Shown here one piece after another: positions 39,973-49,039 of a stretch of DNA of 64,000 nucleotides. Below the pieces are notes generated by a model that was not told the DNA's origin, searched no databases, and was given only the letters and a program-made list of their open reading frames with translations. The stretch spans positions 1,472,001 to 1,536,000 of the forward strand of contig OY970194.1 in the NCBI GenBank assembly GCA_963708075.1, written 5' to 3'. How positions within the stretch are numbered: position 1 is the first letter of the stretch; each line of letters opens with the position of its first letter. This DNA is from Sedimentisphaerales bacterium (GTDB lineage Bacteria > Planctomycetota > Phycisphaerae > Sedimentisphaerales > Anaerobacaceae). Both the position numbers and the translations under genes were made by a program.

Positions 39973-40630
39973 TTTCTCGGTTCTCCACTCTTTGTTCGGG
40001 CCTCACGGGGTCCGGAATCATCGTGCGATTCTCTGGTCCTTCCATGGACCATGTGCACTGCGACCGAAGAGTTCATCGTTTGGGTGGCACGGGCAAACAA
40101 GTTGGATGCGTCCCATCCTCAAGATTTCACGTCTACCGCTGGGCTGTCCCAGGCATTGTCTCGTACAGGAGCATAAAGCCACCAATGGCACACCTCTACA
40201 GGCTTCTCCCTGATTTGAAGGCAGGTAATGACAACCCCCGGGGTCCCATGCAGGCGGCACGGAGTGATACACCACTTCAATAGTATGGTATCTCTCCATG
40301 GCGCCGAGGCGACCATCCCTCGCGTCAGCCAGTCCTATGCCCATCAAAGAGGAAAAAAAGAGAGAGCGCCGTCATTCAAGATGCGGGTAAACATGGCCTC
40401 TGGCTCGAAATTCGAGGACCCTACTAAAATAATAGGCATAGTGGGGAATTTTACTGATCTCCTGATGTCACTGTACCGTATAATAGTGTCAGCGAAGGGA
40501 CTCGCATGTCGGGTGAATTCCCATGCATGGACTGGGGTATTTGGGGTAGGTGAATGACCATCAGGAATCTGAGCTAACGAAGTCCGGCTGGATGCATGGC
40601 TTCATGTAGTCCCTGGGGAGGGCGCTGTCG

Positions 40631-42052
40631 ATGCTGTTCAACTCCTACACGTTTGTCGTGTTCTTTCTGGTTGTGCTGGCTGGCTATTACCTCACGCGGT
40701 CGTGGACAGCTCGAAAAGGCATCCTGCTGGCGGCCAGCTACGTGTTTTACGCCGCTTGGAATCCCCCATTCGTCATTCTTCTTTGGTTCTCCACGGTCGT
40801 GGATTGGCTTGCCGCCAAGGGCATACACGCCAGTTCCTCCCAGCGCAGGCGCCGACTGCTCATGGCGGTCAGTCTCGTGGCCAATCTGGGTCTCCTGGGA
40901 TACTTCAAGTACGGCGGATTCCTCGTGGACAATTTCCTTCTGCTGATGCAGGCCCTCGGCCTGCATGTCTCGCTGGCCACGCCGAACATCATCCTGCCGG
41001 TCGGCATCTCCTTCTATACGTTCCAGACACTGTCGTACACGCTGGACGTGTACCGCCGTGACATCACACCGCCGGACTCGTTCCTGGATTACGCTCTCTA
41101 TGTCACTTTCTTCCCTCAACTTGTAGCCGGCCCGATCATTCGCACAGCCGACTTCCTGCCCCAGTGCGCAGAGCCCAAGCCCTTCTCCGGCAGGGCCATG
41201 GGATGGGGGCTGTGCCTGATGCTCCTGGGACTCTTCGAGAAAGTGGCGGTTGCGGACGGCATCCTTGCGCCGATTGTCGAGGCTGTCTATGACACAACCG
41301 ACCGCCCCGATCTCATCAGCGCCTGGTGCGGCACGTTCGCCTTTGCCGGCCAGATCTTTCTGGATTTCGCCGGTTATTCGCTGGTTGCCATCGGAACCGC
41401 GTTGTGCCTGGGTTTTGTCATCCAGGACAACTTTCGATTCCCCTATGCGGCCGTGGGCTTCTCCGACTTCTGGGGACGCTGGCATATGTCCCTATCGTCA
41501 TGGCTTCGGGACTACCTGTACATCCCGCTGGGCGGCAGCCGGAAAGGCCCTTTCAGGACTCTCGCCAGCCTGATGATCACCATGCTGCTCGGCGGCCTCT
41601 GGCATGGCGCCTCCTGGACGTTCGTGATCTGGGGCGGCTTGCACGGACTCTACCTTGTGTTGGAACGAGGCATCAGGAAGATCGTCCCGTGGCATTTCGG
41701 GAGTGGATCCATCGCCCAGGCGCTGATTGCGTTGTTGACGTTTCTGCTTGTCTGCGTGGCGTGGGTGTTCTTCCGGGCCCATTCGTTCGGCCAGGCGTTC
41801 GATGTTACCGCCGCTCTGTTCGGGTTCGGCTCCCCTGAGGTTGTGCGTCTTTTGAAGCCCGAATCCGTCGTCCTGTCGGTCGCCGTGACACTCATTCTGC
41901 TGAGCGTGCATTGGTTCATGAGAGATGCCTCGATCGCGTCGATTGTCACCCGGGTCCCGTGGTGGGTCAGGTCGCTGGCATTGGCCGCCCTGGTGCTCGG
42001 GATCATCGGATTATCAGGAGAAGACCGTGCGTTCATCTACTTTCAGTTTTAG
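40631..42052 (+). CDS. MBOAT O-acyltransferase (AlgI/DltB-like)
   Basis: MLFNS, LPVGISFYTFQ, FFPQLVAGPI, DFAGYS, FWGRWHMSLSSWLRDYLYIPLGG, LWHGA, FIYFQF. Confidence 0.95.
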   Translation: MLFNSYTFVVFFLVVLAGYYLTRSWTARKGILLAASYVFYAAWNPPFVILLWFSTVVDWLAAKGIHASSSQRRRRLLMAVSLVANLGLLGYFKYGGFLVDNFLLLMQALGLHVSLATPNIILPVGISFYTFQTLSYTLDVYRRDITPPDSFLDYALYVTFFPQLVAGPIIRTADFLPQCAEPKPFSGRAMGWGLCLMLLGLFEKVAVADGILAPIVEAVYDTTDRPDLISAWCGTFAFAGQIFLDFAGYSLVAIGTALCLGFVIQDNFRFPYAAVGFSDFWGRWHMSLSSWLRDYLYIPLGGSRKGPFRTLASLMITMLLGGLWHGASWTFVIWGGLHGLYLVLERGIRKIVPWHFGSGSIAQALIALLTFLLVCVAWVFFRAHSFGQAFDVTAALFGFGSPEVVRLLKPESVVLSVAVTLILLSVHWFMRDASIASIVTRVPWWVRSLALAALVLGIIGLSGEDRAFIYFQF

Positions 42053-43166
42053 CGAATGTCGCGAAGGCCCCTGGCTCAGGACGTGGCTTGTGGCGGCGGG
42101 GCTTATTGTGACGCTCTTAGCGGGCTGGGAATGCACCCTGCGAGGCTTGGGATACCGCCCGACGGTGGTGGATGATAAGGCCCTCTGGGCCGCACAGCGA
42201 GAGCGCGTGTACAGCGATGGTAACGAGAAAACCGTGGTGCTCCTGGGCGACTGCCGCATGCAACTTGGCTCCGTGCCGCAGGTGCTGGCGGAGCAGTTCC
42301 CCGGACATCGGGTGGTCCAGTTAGCCGTCGAGCAAACCAGTCCGGTGGCGACGCTGCGGGACCTTGCGGCGGATGAGCGATTCGACGGAGTGGTCATCTG
42401 CGGATTGAACGCCCGACTGCTTTGCGAAGACCTGTGGGATACACAGCAGCCATACGTCGACTACTATCACAACAAGTATACGCTGAATGAGAAGCTGAAC
42501 CGGCTCGTGTCGGTCATCTTCCAGCAGAGGCTGGCGATCATCCATCCGCAACTGCGGCTGGATGACATGCTCGTTCATCTGGTCAAGACGCGGCGTCTGC
42601 CATCGCCCTACTACATCGAGACCCGCGCGGATCGATCCCGCCTGGCGGACTACTCCGGCGTCGACATCGAGGCCCATCGGCAGTTCACCCTCGGCCGGGC
42701 CCAGTGGCTGTGTGCCCGGACGTTGCCCTCCTCCGTCAAGTGGGTGGAGGACGCTATGAAACTGGAGGAGTGGGTCCAGGCGATCCAGTGCCGCGGCGGC
42801 CACGTGATCTTCATCCAGTTCCCCACCACCGGCGACCATCTGCGCTACGACGAGTTCATGTTTCCCAAGGCCCAGTACTGGGATGCCTTCGCCGCAAAGA
42901 CCTCGGCATTATGCCTCCACTTCCAGGATGTGCCGCAGTTGGCTGATTTCGCATGCCCGGACTGGTCGCACCTGGACCGCGCGGACGCCCCCCGCTTCAC
43001 GCAGGAACTCGCCAGGGTGTTGGATGAGCGAGGGCTGTTCAAGGAGCCTTCGTGCACTACCGCCTGCGGGGGATCGGACGGCCCGCAGTGCTCCTGCTGC
43101 GACCACAGCAAGCCGCAGGGTACGCACGTGCGATGCACCTGCTGTTCTATCAGCGGCCCCTCCTGA
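42027..43166 (+). CDS. SGNH-like periplasmic acyltransferase partner (AlgJ/DltD-like) with Cys-rich tail
   Basis: GTG start after AGGAG, overlapping the MBOAT end; TM anchor; LLGDCR block and DWSH (DxxH). Confidence 0.7.
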   Translation: MRSSTFSFSECREGPWLRTWLVAAGLIVTLLAGWECTLRGLGYRPTVVDDKALWAAQRERVYSDGNEKTVVLLGDCRMQLGSVPQVLAEQFPGHRVVQLAVEQTSPVATLRDLAADERFDGVVICGLNARLLCEDLWDTQQPYVDYYHNKYTLNEKLNRLVSVIFQQRLAIIHPQLRLDDMLVHLVKTRRLPSPYYIETRADRSRLADYSGVDIEAHRQFTLGRAQWLCARTLPSSVKWVEDAMKLEEWVQAIQCRGGHVIFIQFPTTGDHLRYDEFMFPKAQYWDAFAAKTSALCLHFQDVPQLADFACPDWSHLDRADAPRFTQELARVLDERGLFKEPSCTTACGGSDGPQCSCCDHSKPQGTHVRCTCCSISGPS

Positions 43167-44577
43167 GGCCGGGGCTATCGGGCCATTGGACGAGGCTGTT
43201 CAGATAGTCCTCGATATTCGTGTAGCCGTCGCCGTCCTTATCCGCCGGACCATCGGATGCATCGTTCGGGTTCAGACCGTGCCCCTGCTCCCAGGCGTCG
43301 GGCATGCCGTCGCCATCACTGTCGCGGGGCACCGGCGCCGTTTTCAGCTCCGGCCAGCCGCCCACTTCGGCCTGGCTGTTGATGATGCGTCCCTTGCCGG
43401 TCTTGACGTCCTGGACGATCCGCCGATCTATGGCGTCACGCGCGGGCAGGCTCGCGCCGCCGCGATCCAGCACGAGATGGTAAGCATCTCCTGCCGACTG
43501 CGTCACAACCGGCCCCACATCGAATGGCTGAGATTGCTTGTAGGCTGCAATCTGCTCCGCCGTCCAGTCAAACAGCACCACGCTCCACGGATCCTCGGGC
43601 AGAACATGGTTGTAGTAATTCGAGGCAAAATACCCCCGGTTATAAGGGGAACCCTCCCGGTAGGCTTTGCCGGTGATGCTGGAATTGGGGCCCGGCACGA
43701 GGTAGTTGCAGACGTAATTGAGCTTTGTGACGCTCTGCGCATCGGCGTTGTAGCCGGCGTATGAGCCGTCCCAGTTGTAGATGACGTTATTGCGAAAATC
43801 GAGCAGCAGGCCATTCGGGTCCTTGTCGTACGTATTGGGGTTGTCGTAGTTGCCCGGTCGCGGGTTGCGGCCGCGATTGTGGGCGTACAGATTGTGATGA
43901 TAGCTGTAGCGCACGCCGTGAGAGCCGCGGATCAGCGATCCGAACCCGTGATTCTTCACGTTCAGAGCCTCCGTGATGAAGCACCACTGAACAGTCAGCT
44001 CGCTGAGCACGGGATCGCGCGTCGAGGACGAGAGCACTTCGTCGAGACTCCAACTCGCCGAGCAGTGGTCGAGGATAATATGATGTCCCGCGCCGATGCT
44101 GACGGCGTCGCCGCTGGTCCCCTCGTCGCCGAGCCGGCACCGCAGGAAGCGGATCACCACGTGGTCGGTCCCGACCACGAGCGTCGAATCACGCAGACAG
44201 ATTCCGTCGCCCGGCGCCGTTTGCCCGGCGATGGTGATGAACGGGTTCTCGACGGCCATGGACTTCTTCAGCCGGATCGTGCCGGAGACGTCGAATACGA
44301 CGATCCGCGGCCCTTCCGCGTCCACCGCCTCGCGCAGACTCCCCGGGCCGCCATCGGCCAGCGTGGTCACGTGGTACACCCTGCCCCCGCGCCCCCCCTT
44401 CGAATAAGCCCCGAACCCCTCCGCCCCCGGAAACGCCGGAACAGGCGCAGTGTCTTGGGACCGAATCCCGGCAAAAATGGGACCTGCGGGACTAATCGGA
44501 CCTGTGAAATCCTGTGCCTTCAAGCCGGGACCGGCACACAGGGCACTCACAATCGCCAGACATGTGAGCATTCTCAC
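43150..44577 (-). CDS. Pectate lyase (PL1-like) with C-terminal Ca-binding DxDxDG repeats
   Basis: AFPGAEGFG, GGRGG, GSLR, TIAGQTAPGDGI, ILDHCSASWSLDE, RNPR; DSDGDGMPDAWE. Confidence 0.92.
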   Translation of the reverse strand: MRMLTCLAIVSALCAGPGLKAQDFTGPISPAGPIFAGIRSQDTAPVPAFPGAEGFGAYSKGGRGGRVYHVTTLADGGPGSLREAVDAEGPRIVVFDVSGTIRLKKSMAVENPFITIAGQTAPGDGICLRDSTLVVGTDHVVIRFLRCRLGDEGTSGDAVSIGAGHHIILDHCSASWSLDEVLSSSTRDPVLSELTVQWCFITEALNVKNHGFGSLIRGSHGVRYSYHHNLYAHNRGRNPRPGNYDNPNTYDKDPNGLLLDFRNNVIYNWDGSYAGYNADAQSVTKLNYVCNYLVPGPNSSITGKAYREGSPYNRGYFASNYYNHVLPEDPWSVVLFDWTAEQIAAYKQSQPFDVGPVVTQSAGDAYHLVLDRGGASLPARDAIDRRIVQDVKTGKGRIINSQAEVGGWPELKTAPVPRDSDGDGMPDAWEQGHGLNPNDASDGPADKDGDGYTNIEDYLNSLVQWPDSPGLRRGR

Positions 44578-44600
44578 GGCGTCTCCTTTCAGAATATCCA

Positions 44601-45866
44601 CTATTCATGCCGCAAAGCGACAATTGGGTCAAGCCTTGCCGCTCTGGCGGCCGGATAGAGGCCGAAGACGATCCCGACGCCCATGCTGATCCCGAGCGAC
44701 ACGAGCAGGCTGACCGGCGTCACAATCGTCGGCATGCCCGCGAAATGTGTGATCAGCGTTGGGATGAGTAACCCGACGAACATCCCCACGAGTCCGCCGA
44801 GCGAAGACAAGACGACCGTCTCCATGAGGAATTGCCGGATGATCTGCCGCCGCTTGGCGCCGATAGCCCGGCGAATGCCGATCTCACGCGTGCGCTCCGT
44901 GACGGAGGCGAGCATGATGTTCATGATGCCGATGCCGCCGACGAGCAGACTGATTCCCGCGATGGAGCCGAGCACGATGCTGAACGTCCGCTTCGTCGCC
45001 TCCGCCTGGTGCAGCAGGGCCAGCGGGATGCTCATGCGATAGTCTGTGCGATCGTGAAATCGCCTGAGCATCTGCTCGATGGCCGTGGCGGTATTCTCGA
45101 CGCAATCGGTGGACGCCGCCTCGACGATGATCTGATGTAGCTCCACCTTCTCGCGGATGCGTGAGCCGGCGGCGCGAATCATGGTCTGGTCGCCGAACCG
45201 GCCTCGCGCCACGGAGAGCGGGATGTAGGCATCGATTTCGCTGTCGGGCGTCTGAACCGATCCGCCCTGGGAGTTCTCGCTCTGCACGATGCCGATGACC
45301 TCGAAAAATGCGCCGCCCAGCCGCAGAGGCTGGCCGATGCTCTCCCGCGTGGCCAGGAGCCGCCGCGCACTGTGCTCCGTCAGGATGACGACACCCGCAT
45401 GGGTCTCCACGTCGGTATCGTTCATGACCCGGCCGGCAATCAATGGCCGTCGCACCAGGCTGAACCACTCCGGCGTCGTGCCTACAAGCCGAAGGTCCAT
45501 CACCCGGTCGTCGAGTTGGCCCTCCTTGCGGACCAGTTTCACCGGCACGGCCCGGCGCACGTCCGGCAGCGTCTGCTCGATTCGGTCGAAGTCCTCATAG
45601 GTCAGCCCGTAGACGCTCATCCGGACGGCCCGGTTCTTGGCCGATTCGTCTTCAACGGGTTTGACGGACTGCACGATGATGTTGCTGCTGCCGAGCCTGC
45701 GGATGCGTTCCAGGGCGTCGTGGCTGGCTCCCTCGCCCACCGCCAGCATGGCCACGACGCTTCCGACGCCGAAGACGACACCGAGCATCGTCAGGAACGA
45801 CTGCAGCTTGTGCAGCAGCAGGTTGATGACACCCTGCTGGATTTCCCGCAGATACGTGGCACTCAT
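44601..45866 (-). CDS. ABC transporter permease, MacB/FtsX family (no ATPase domain)
   Basis: SFLTMLGVVFGVGSVV, SLLVGGIGIMNIMLASVTERTREIGIRRAIGA, PAARAARLDPIVALRHE. Confidence 0.95.
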   Translation of the reverse strand: MSATYLREIQQGVINLLLHKLQSFLTMLGVVFGVGSVVAMLAVGEGASHDALERIRRLGSSNIIVQSVKPVEDESAKNRAVRMSVYGLTYEDFDRIEQTLPDVRRAVPVKLVRKEGQLDDRVMDLRLVGTTPEWFSLVRRPLIAGRVMNDTDVETHAGVVILTEHSARRLLATRESIGQPLRLGGAFFEVIGIVQSENSQGGSVQTPDSEIDAYIPLSVARGRFGDQTMIRAAGSRIREKVELHQIIVEAASTDCVENTATAIEQMLRRFHDRTDYRMSIPLALLHQAEATKRTFSIVLGSIAGISLLVGGIGIMNIMLASVTERTREIGIRRAIGAKRRQIIRQFLMETVVLSSLGGLVGMFVGLLIPTLITHFAGMPTIVTPVSLLVSLGISMGVGIVFGLYPAARAARLDPIVALRHE

Positions 45867-47422
45867 GACGGGCTCTCCCCGCCCCGATTCGGCTCGGATA
45901 CCGCATTCGGTTCACTGGCCTCGGGATCCGCTTCACTGGAGGCCAGGGGCGGCGCCAGGCTGATCACCTCCCCGGCTTCCAACCCGCTGAGCACGTGCAC
46001 GAAACGATTATTGTCAAGGCCGATTTCCACGGGCTGCGGGACAAGCCGGCCATCCACAAGCACGTGCACGGTCGGCTGACGGTTGACGCGGGTTACCGCC
46101 TGGATCGGCACATACACGGCATCAGGATAGCGTTGCACCAGGATCTCCACGCGACAACTCATCCCGTTCCGAAGTGCCGGATCATTGGCATCCACCGCAA
46201 TCACCGTATTGTAGACCTTCAGGTTCGGGTTCGAGAACCAGTCATCCGAGTCAGGCAGCGGCGCAATCTGCGATACCCGGCCCGGGAACACTTTGCCCGG
46301 GATTGCGTCGACCGTGATCCGGGCGGGCAGCCCGACACTCACTTTCCGCAGATTCACTTCAAGGATCTTCACGTCCGCATTGAAGGTTGAAGCCGTCGGC
46401 AGGTAAATGATCTCTCTGTTCTCATCCACGATCGCCCCGCGCTCGATCTGTGGCTCATCCTCATCCCAGTCCTCTACGCTCGAGGCATACAGGGCTATGC
46501 CATCGATGGGCGCGCAGATGATCGCCTTGGCGACTTCCTCTTCGTCCCCTGTGAGCTCGTTTCGCTCGTCCTCGTAGCGGGCCCGCTGGGCTTTGAGCTC
46601 AGCCTGTGCTTGCGCCATGGTGGCACTGTGTTTTCGCTTGGCGCGCTCCAGGGCCATCTCGGCCTGCTTGACGTCGCTCTGGAGCTGCTCCAACTGGCGG
46701 GCGTACGTATAATTGGTCAGGAGCTCCTTGTCCGTTTCGGCAAGGCTCAGGTCAAGCTCCGCTTTTTTCGCCGTCAGCTCGTCCCGCTGGAGCTCCGACC
46801 GCGAGAGATACTTCTCCTCGTAGAGGGTCTTTGACCACCCGAGGATATCGTTGGCACGGCTGAGCTCCTGCGCGGCCAGCGTGATCTTGGACTCCGCGGC
46901 TTTCAGCAGGCGCGGGTATTCGCCCGCGACGTACTTCTGCAGGTCCTGCTGCGCGAATTTCCAGGCCAACTCCGCCTGGTCGATGTCCGCCTGGCCCTGG
47001 TTCTCGACGACTTTCAGGTTTTCCTCCGCGTAGACAAGCTGCGCCTCAGCCGTCTGCACGCGAATCCGCCGCTCGACCAGGAACTGCTCCAGCTCCGTGA
47101 CATCGAGCTCCACGAGCCGCTCCCCCTTCTTCACCTGCTTGCCTTCGTCCACGATGAACGTGATCTTGGCGTCGCGCTCCAGGTCGTTCCTGAGAATGAT
47201 CTGCTCGCGGGGATGAATCGTTCCCGACTCAGTGACGTTGATGGTCAACGGCCCGCACTGCACGATGCTAGTCGGCCCGATATCAGATGATGTGGATGAC
47301 CTGCCGCCTCTGCGCAGTACCGCCACGCACAGCAGGGCCAGGACAACAGCCGCCGCAATCAACGCCCAGCGAAGGGTACGATACTTGCTTGCCCCGTTGC
47401 CCGTGCCAGTGGATGCCCCCAT
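45863..47422 (-). CDS. Periplasmic adaptor (MacA/HlyD-like membrane fusion protein)
   Basis: TM anchor, VDEGKQVKKGERLVELD, long coiled coil, APIDG, LRNGMS; GAAGGAGG RBS. Confidence 0.9.
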   Translation of the reverse strand: MGASTGTGNGASKYRTLRWALIAAAVVLALLCVAVLRRGGRSSTSSDIGPTSIVQCGPLTINVTESGTIHPREQIILRNDLERDAKITFIVDEGKQVKKGERLVELDVTELEQFLVERRIRVQTAEAQLVYAEENLKVVENQGQADIDQAELAWKFAQQDLQKYVAGEYPRLLKAAESKITLAAQELSRANDILGWSKTLYEEKYLSRSELQRDELTAKKAELDLSLAETDKELLTNYTYARQLEQLQSDVKQAEMALERAKRKHSATMAQAQAELKAQRARYEDERNELTGDEEEVAKAIICAPIDGIALYASSVEDWDEDEPQIERGAIVDENREIIYLPTASTFNADVKILEVNLRKVSVGLPARITVDAIPGKVFPGRVSQIAPLPDSDDWFSNPNLKVYNTVIAVDANDPALRNGMSCRVEILVQRYPDAVYVPIQAVTRVNRQPTVHVLVDGRLVPQPVEIGLDNNRFVHVLSGLEAGEVISLAPPLASSEADPEASEPNAVSEPNRGGESPS

Positions 47423-47460
47423 CGTGCCTCCTTCGACGTGACTTCGTTGCTGTTCTCTCT

Positions 47461-47601
47461 TCACGGAAGTATCCCCTCCGCCCCCGGAAACGCAGCAGAA
47501 ATAGGACCTATGGGACTCATAGGACTTATATGACGCTGCACCTGCAACCCGGGACCGGCATACAGAGTATCCAGAATCACTACACATTCAAACACTCTCA
47601 C
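47461..47601 (-). pseudogene. Truncated paralog of the pectate lyase 5' end (46 codons)
   Basis: VRVFECVVILDTLYAGPGLQVQRHISPMSPIGPISAAFPGAEGILP* aligns with the PL1 N-terminus; same GAAAGGAG RBS context. Confidence 0.75.
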
Positions 47602-47626
47602 GGCATCTCCTTTCAGAACACCCACC

Positions 47627-47655
47627 ATTGTCGCCGCCCCGCGAAGCCCGGTCAA
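47627..47655 (-). promoter_or_regulatory. Putative sigma70 promoter
   Basis: TTGACC-N17-GACAAT; same -10 variant as at 58013. Confidence 0.45.
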
Positions 47656-47809
47656 GCCCCGCCCAGGCGTAAAGCAGCGAATACCCACCCAGATGGACGA
47701 GCGTGGATGTGCATGGACAACTGTGGACGCGGCGACCGCCCATAGGGCAGACCTTGCCCACCATTTCTCCTCCAGAGTGCAAGGGCAAGATGCCCTCGCC
47801 GCGAGTGGC

Positions 47810-48736
47810 CTATGCAAGTTCCGGCGGAGGCGCGGCTGTGGATGGGCTCCAGGCGCCGAGGGGGTTCGTGCTTCCGCACTCCGGGCAGGAGGTCGTTGCG
47901 AAACTGGCCTGGCAGTTCGGGCAGACGGCCCCGGTCTCGAACGTATCGAAGGTCTTGCCGCACCGGGGGCAGGCCCAGAAGGCGCCGGCCGGCGGTGCGT
48001 TCCGGCAGGTCGGGCACGTGAATCCCTCGCGCCGCGGCGCTCGCGCAACGCGCATCAGCCGCAGCGCGTATTGCAGCCCGCCCCAGCAGTTGAACAGAAT
48101 GAACAGGGCGATCACGCCGAGCCACAGATTCCGCGTTGCGAGAGCCAGCACCACGAGGGCTGCGACCCCGAAGAAGCCGAGGACCGTCACGACGGTCAGA
48201 CTCCAGGCACGCCCGAGCACGAACCATAGCAGCGAGCGCAGGATCTGCCCGCCGTCCAGGGGATACACCGGCATGAGGTTGAAAACCAGCAGGCCGGCGT
48301 TGACCATGGCGATCATGTCCACCAACCTGACCACATCCGGTACTACATTGGCGGCTCCGGAGAGGTGCAATAGCACGGCCAGCGCGATCAGCACGGGGGC
48401 CAAGGCCACGTTGACAAGCGGTCCGGCCGCGAGGCTCCAGAGGATGGCTCCCGGCCGCTCCGGCGGCTCCACAAACGCCACGCCGCCCAGCGGCCACAGT
48501 ACGATGCGATTCGCCCGGCCGCCCACCTGCCGGCATGCCAGCGAGTGCCCGAACTCGTGAAGCAGGACGATGCCAAACAGCGCCACGTACTCCAGCACGT
48601 TCCACACCGGCGATGAATACCACCCCGCCCGCTGACTGATCTCGTAATACGCCACAAGGAACCACGACCAGTGCAGGAACACATCGATCCCCGCCAGCCG
48701 AAACAGCCGAACCGAACCTTGGCTTGTCGCCGTCAT
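47810..48736 (-). CDS. Site-2 protease (M50) with C-terminal double zinc ribbon
   Basis: HEFGH, AGPLVN, NLMPVYPLDGG; four CxxC pairs at the C-terminus. Confidence 0.93.
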   Translation of the reverse strand: MTATSQGSVRLFRLAGIDVFLHWSWFLVAYYEISQRAGWYSSPVWNVLEYVALFGIVLLHEFGHSLACRQVGGRANRIVLWPLGGVAFVEPPERPGAILWSLAAGPLVNVALAPVLIALAVLLHLSGAANVVPDVVRLVDMIAMVNAGLLVFNLMPVYPLDGGQILRSLLWFVLGRAWSLTVVTVLGFFGVAALVVLALATRNLWLGVIALFILFNCWGGLQYALRLMRVARAPRREGFTCPTCRNAPPAGAFWACPRCGKTFDTFETGAVCPNCQASFATTSCPECGSTNPLGAWSPSTAAPPPELA

Positions 48737-49039
48737 ACAATCCTTTCAATTCCCAAAGGGAAAGCCCCCGCCCCCGCCACCGCCCCAGACGTCCGGCTCA
48801 CCGGAGGAGTTCCGCCACCAGTATGGCGTCCAAAATCCCCTTGTCAACCCGCCGCACCCGCGCGGATGATGAGGGTGCATGACAGGATTGCGGCACAGCA
48901 AGTATGAGGTTGTGGGTGGCAGCGTCAAACGCAGCTTGGCGATGGCGTTCCTGGAATGCGGTGCAACGATCGTCAAGGCCTACAGCCTTGACGATGCCAC
49001 CCGGCCCAATTGCCATTCTTTGTCGTACACCCGATGATG

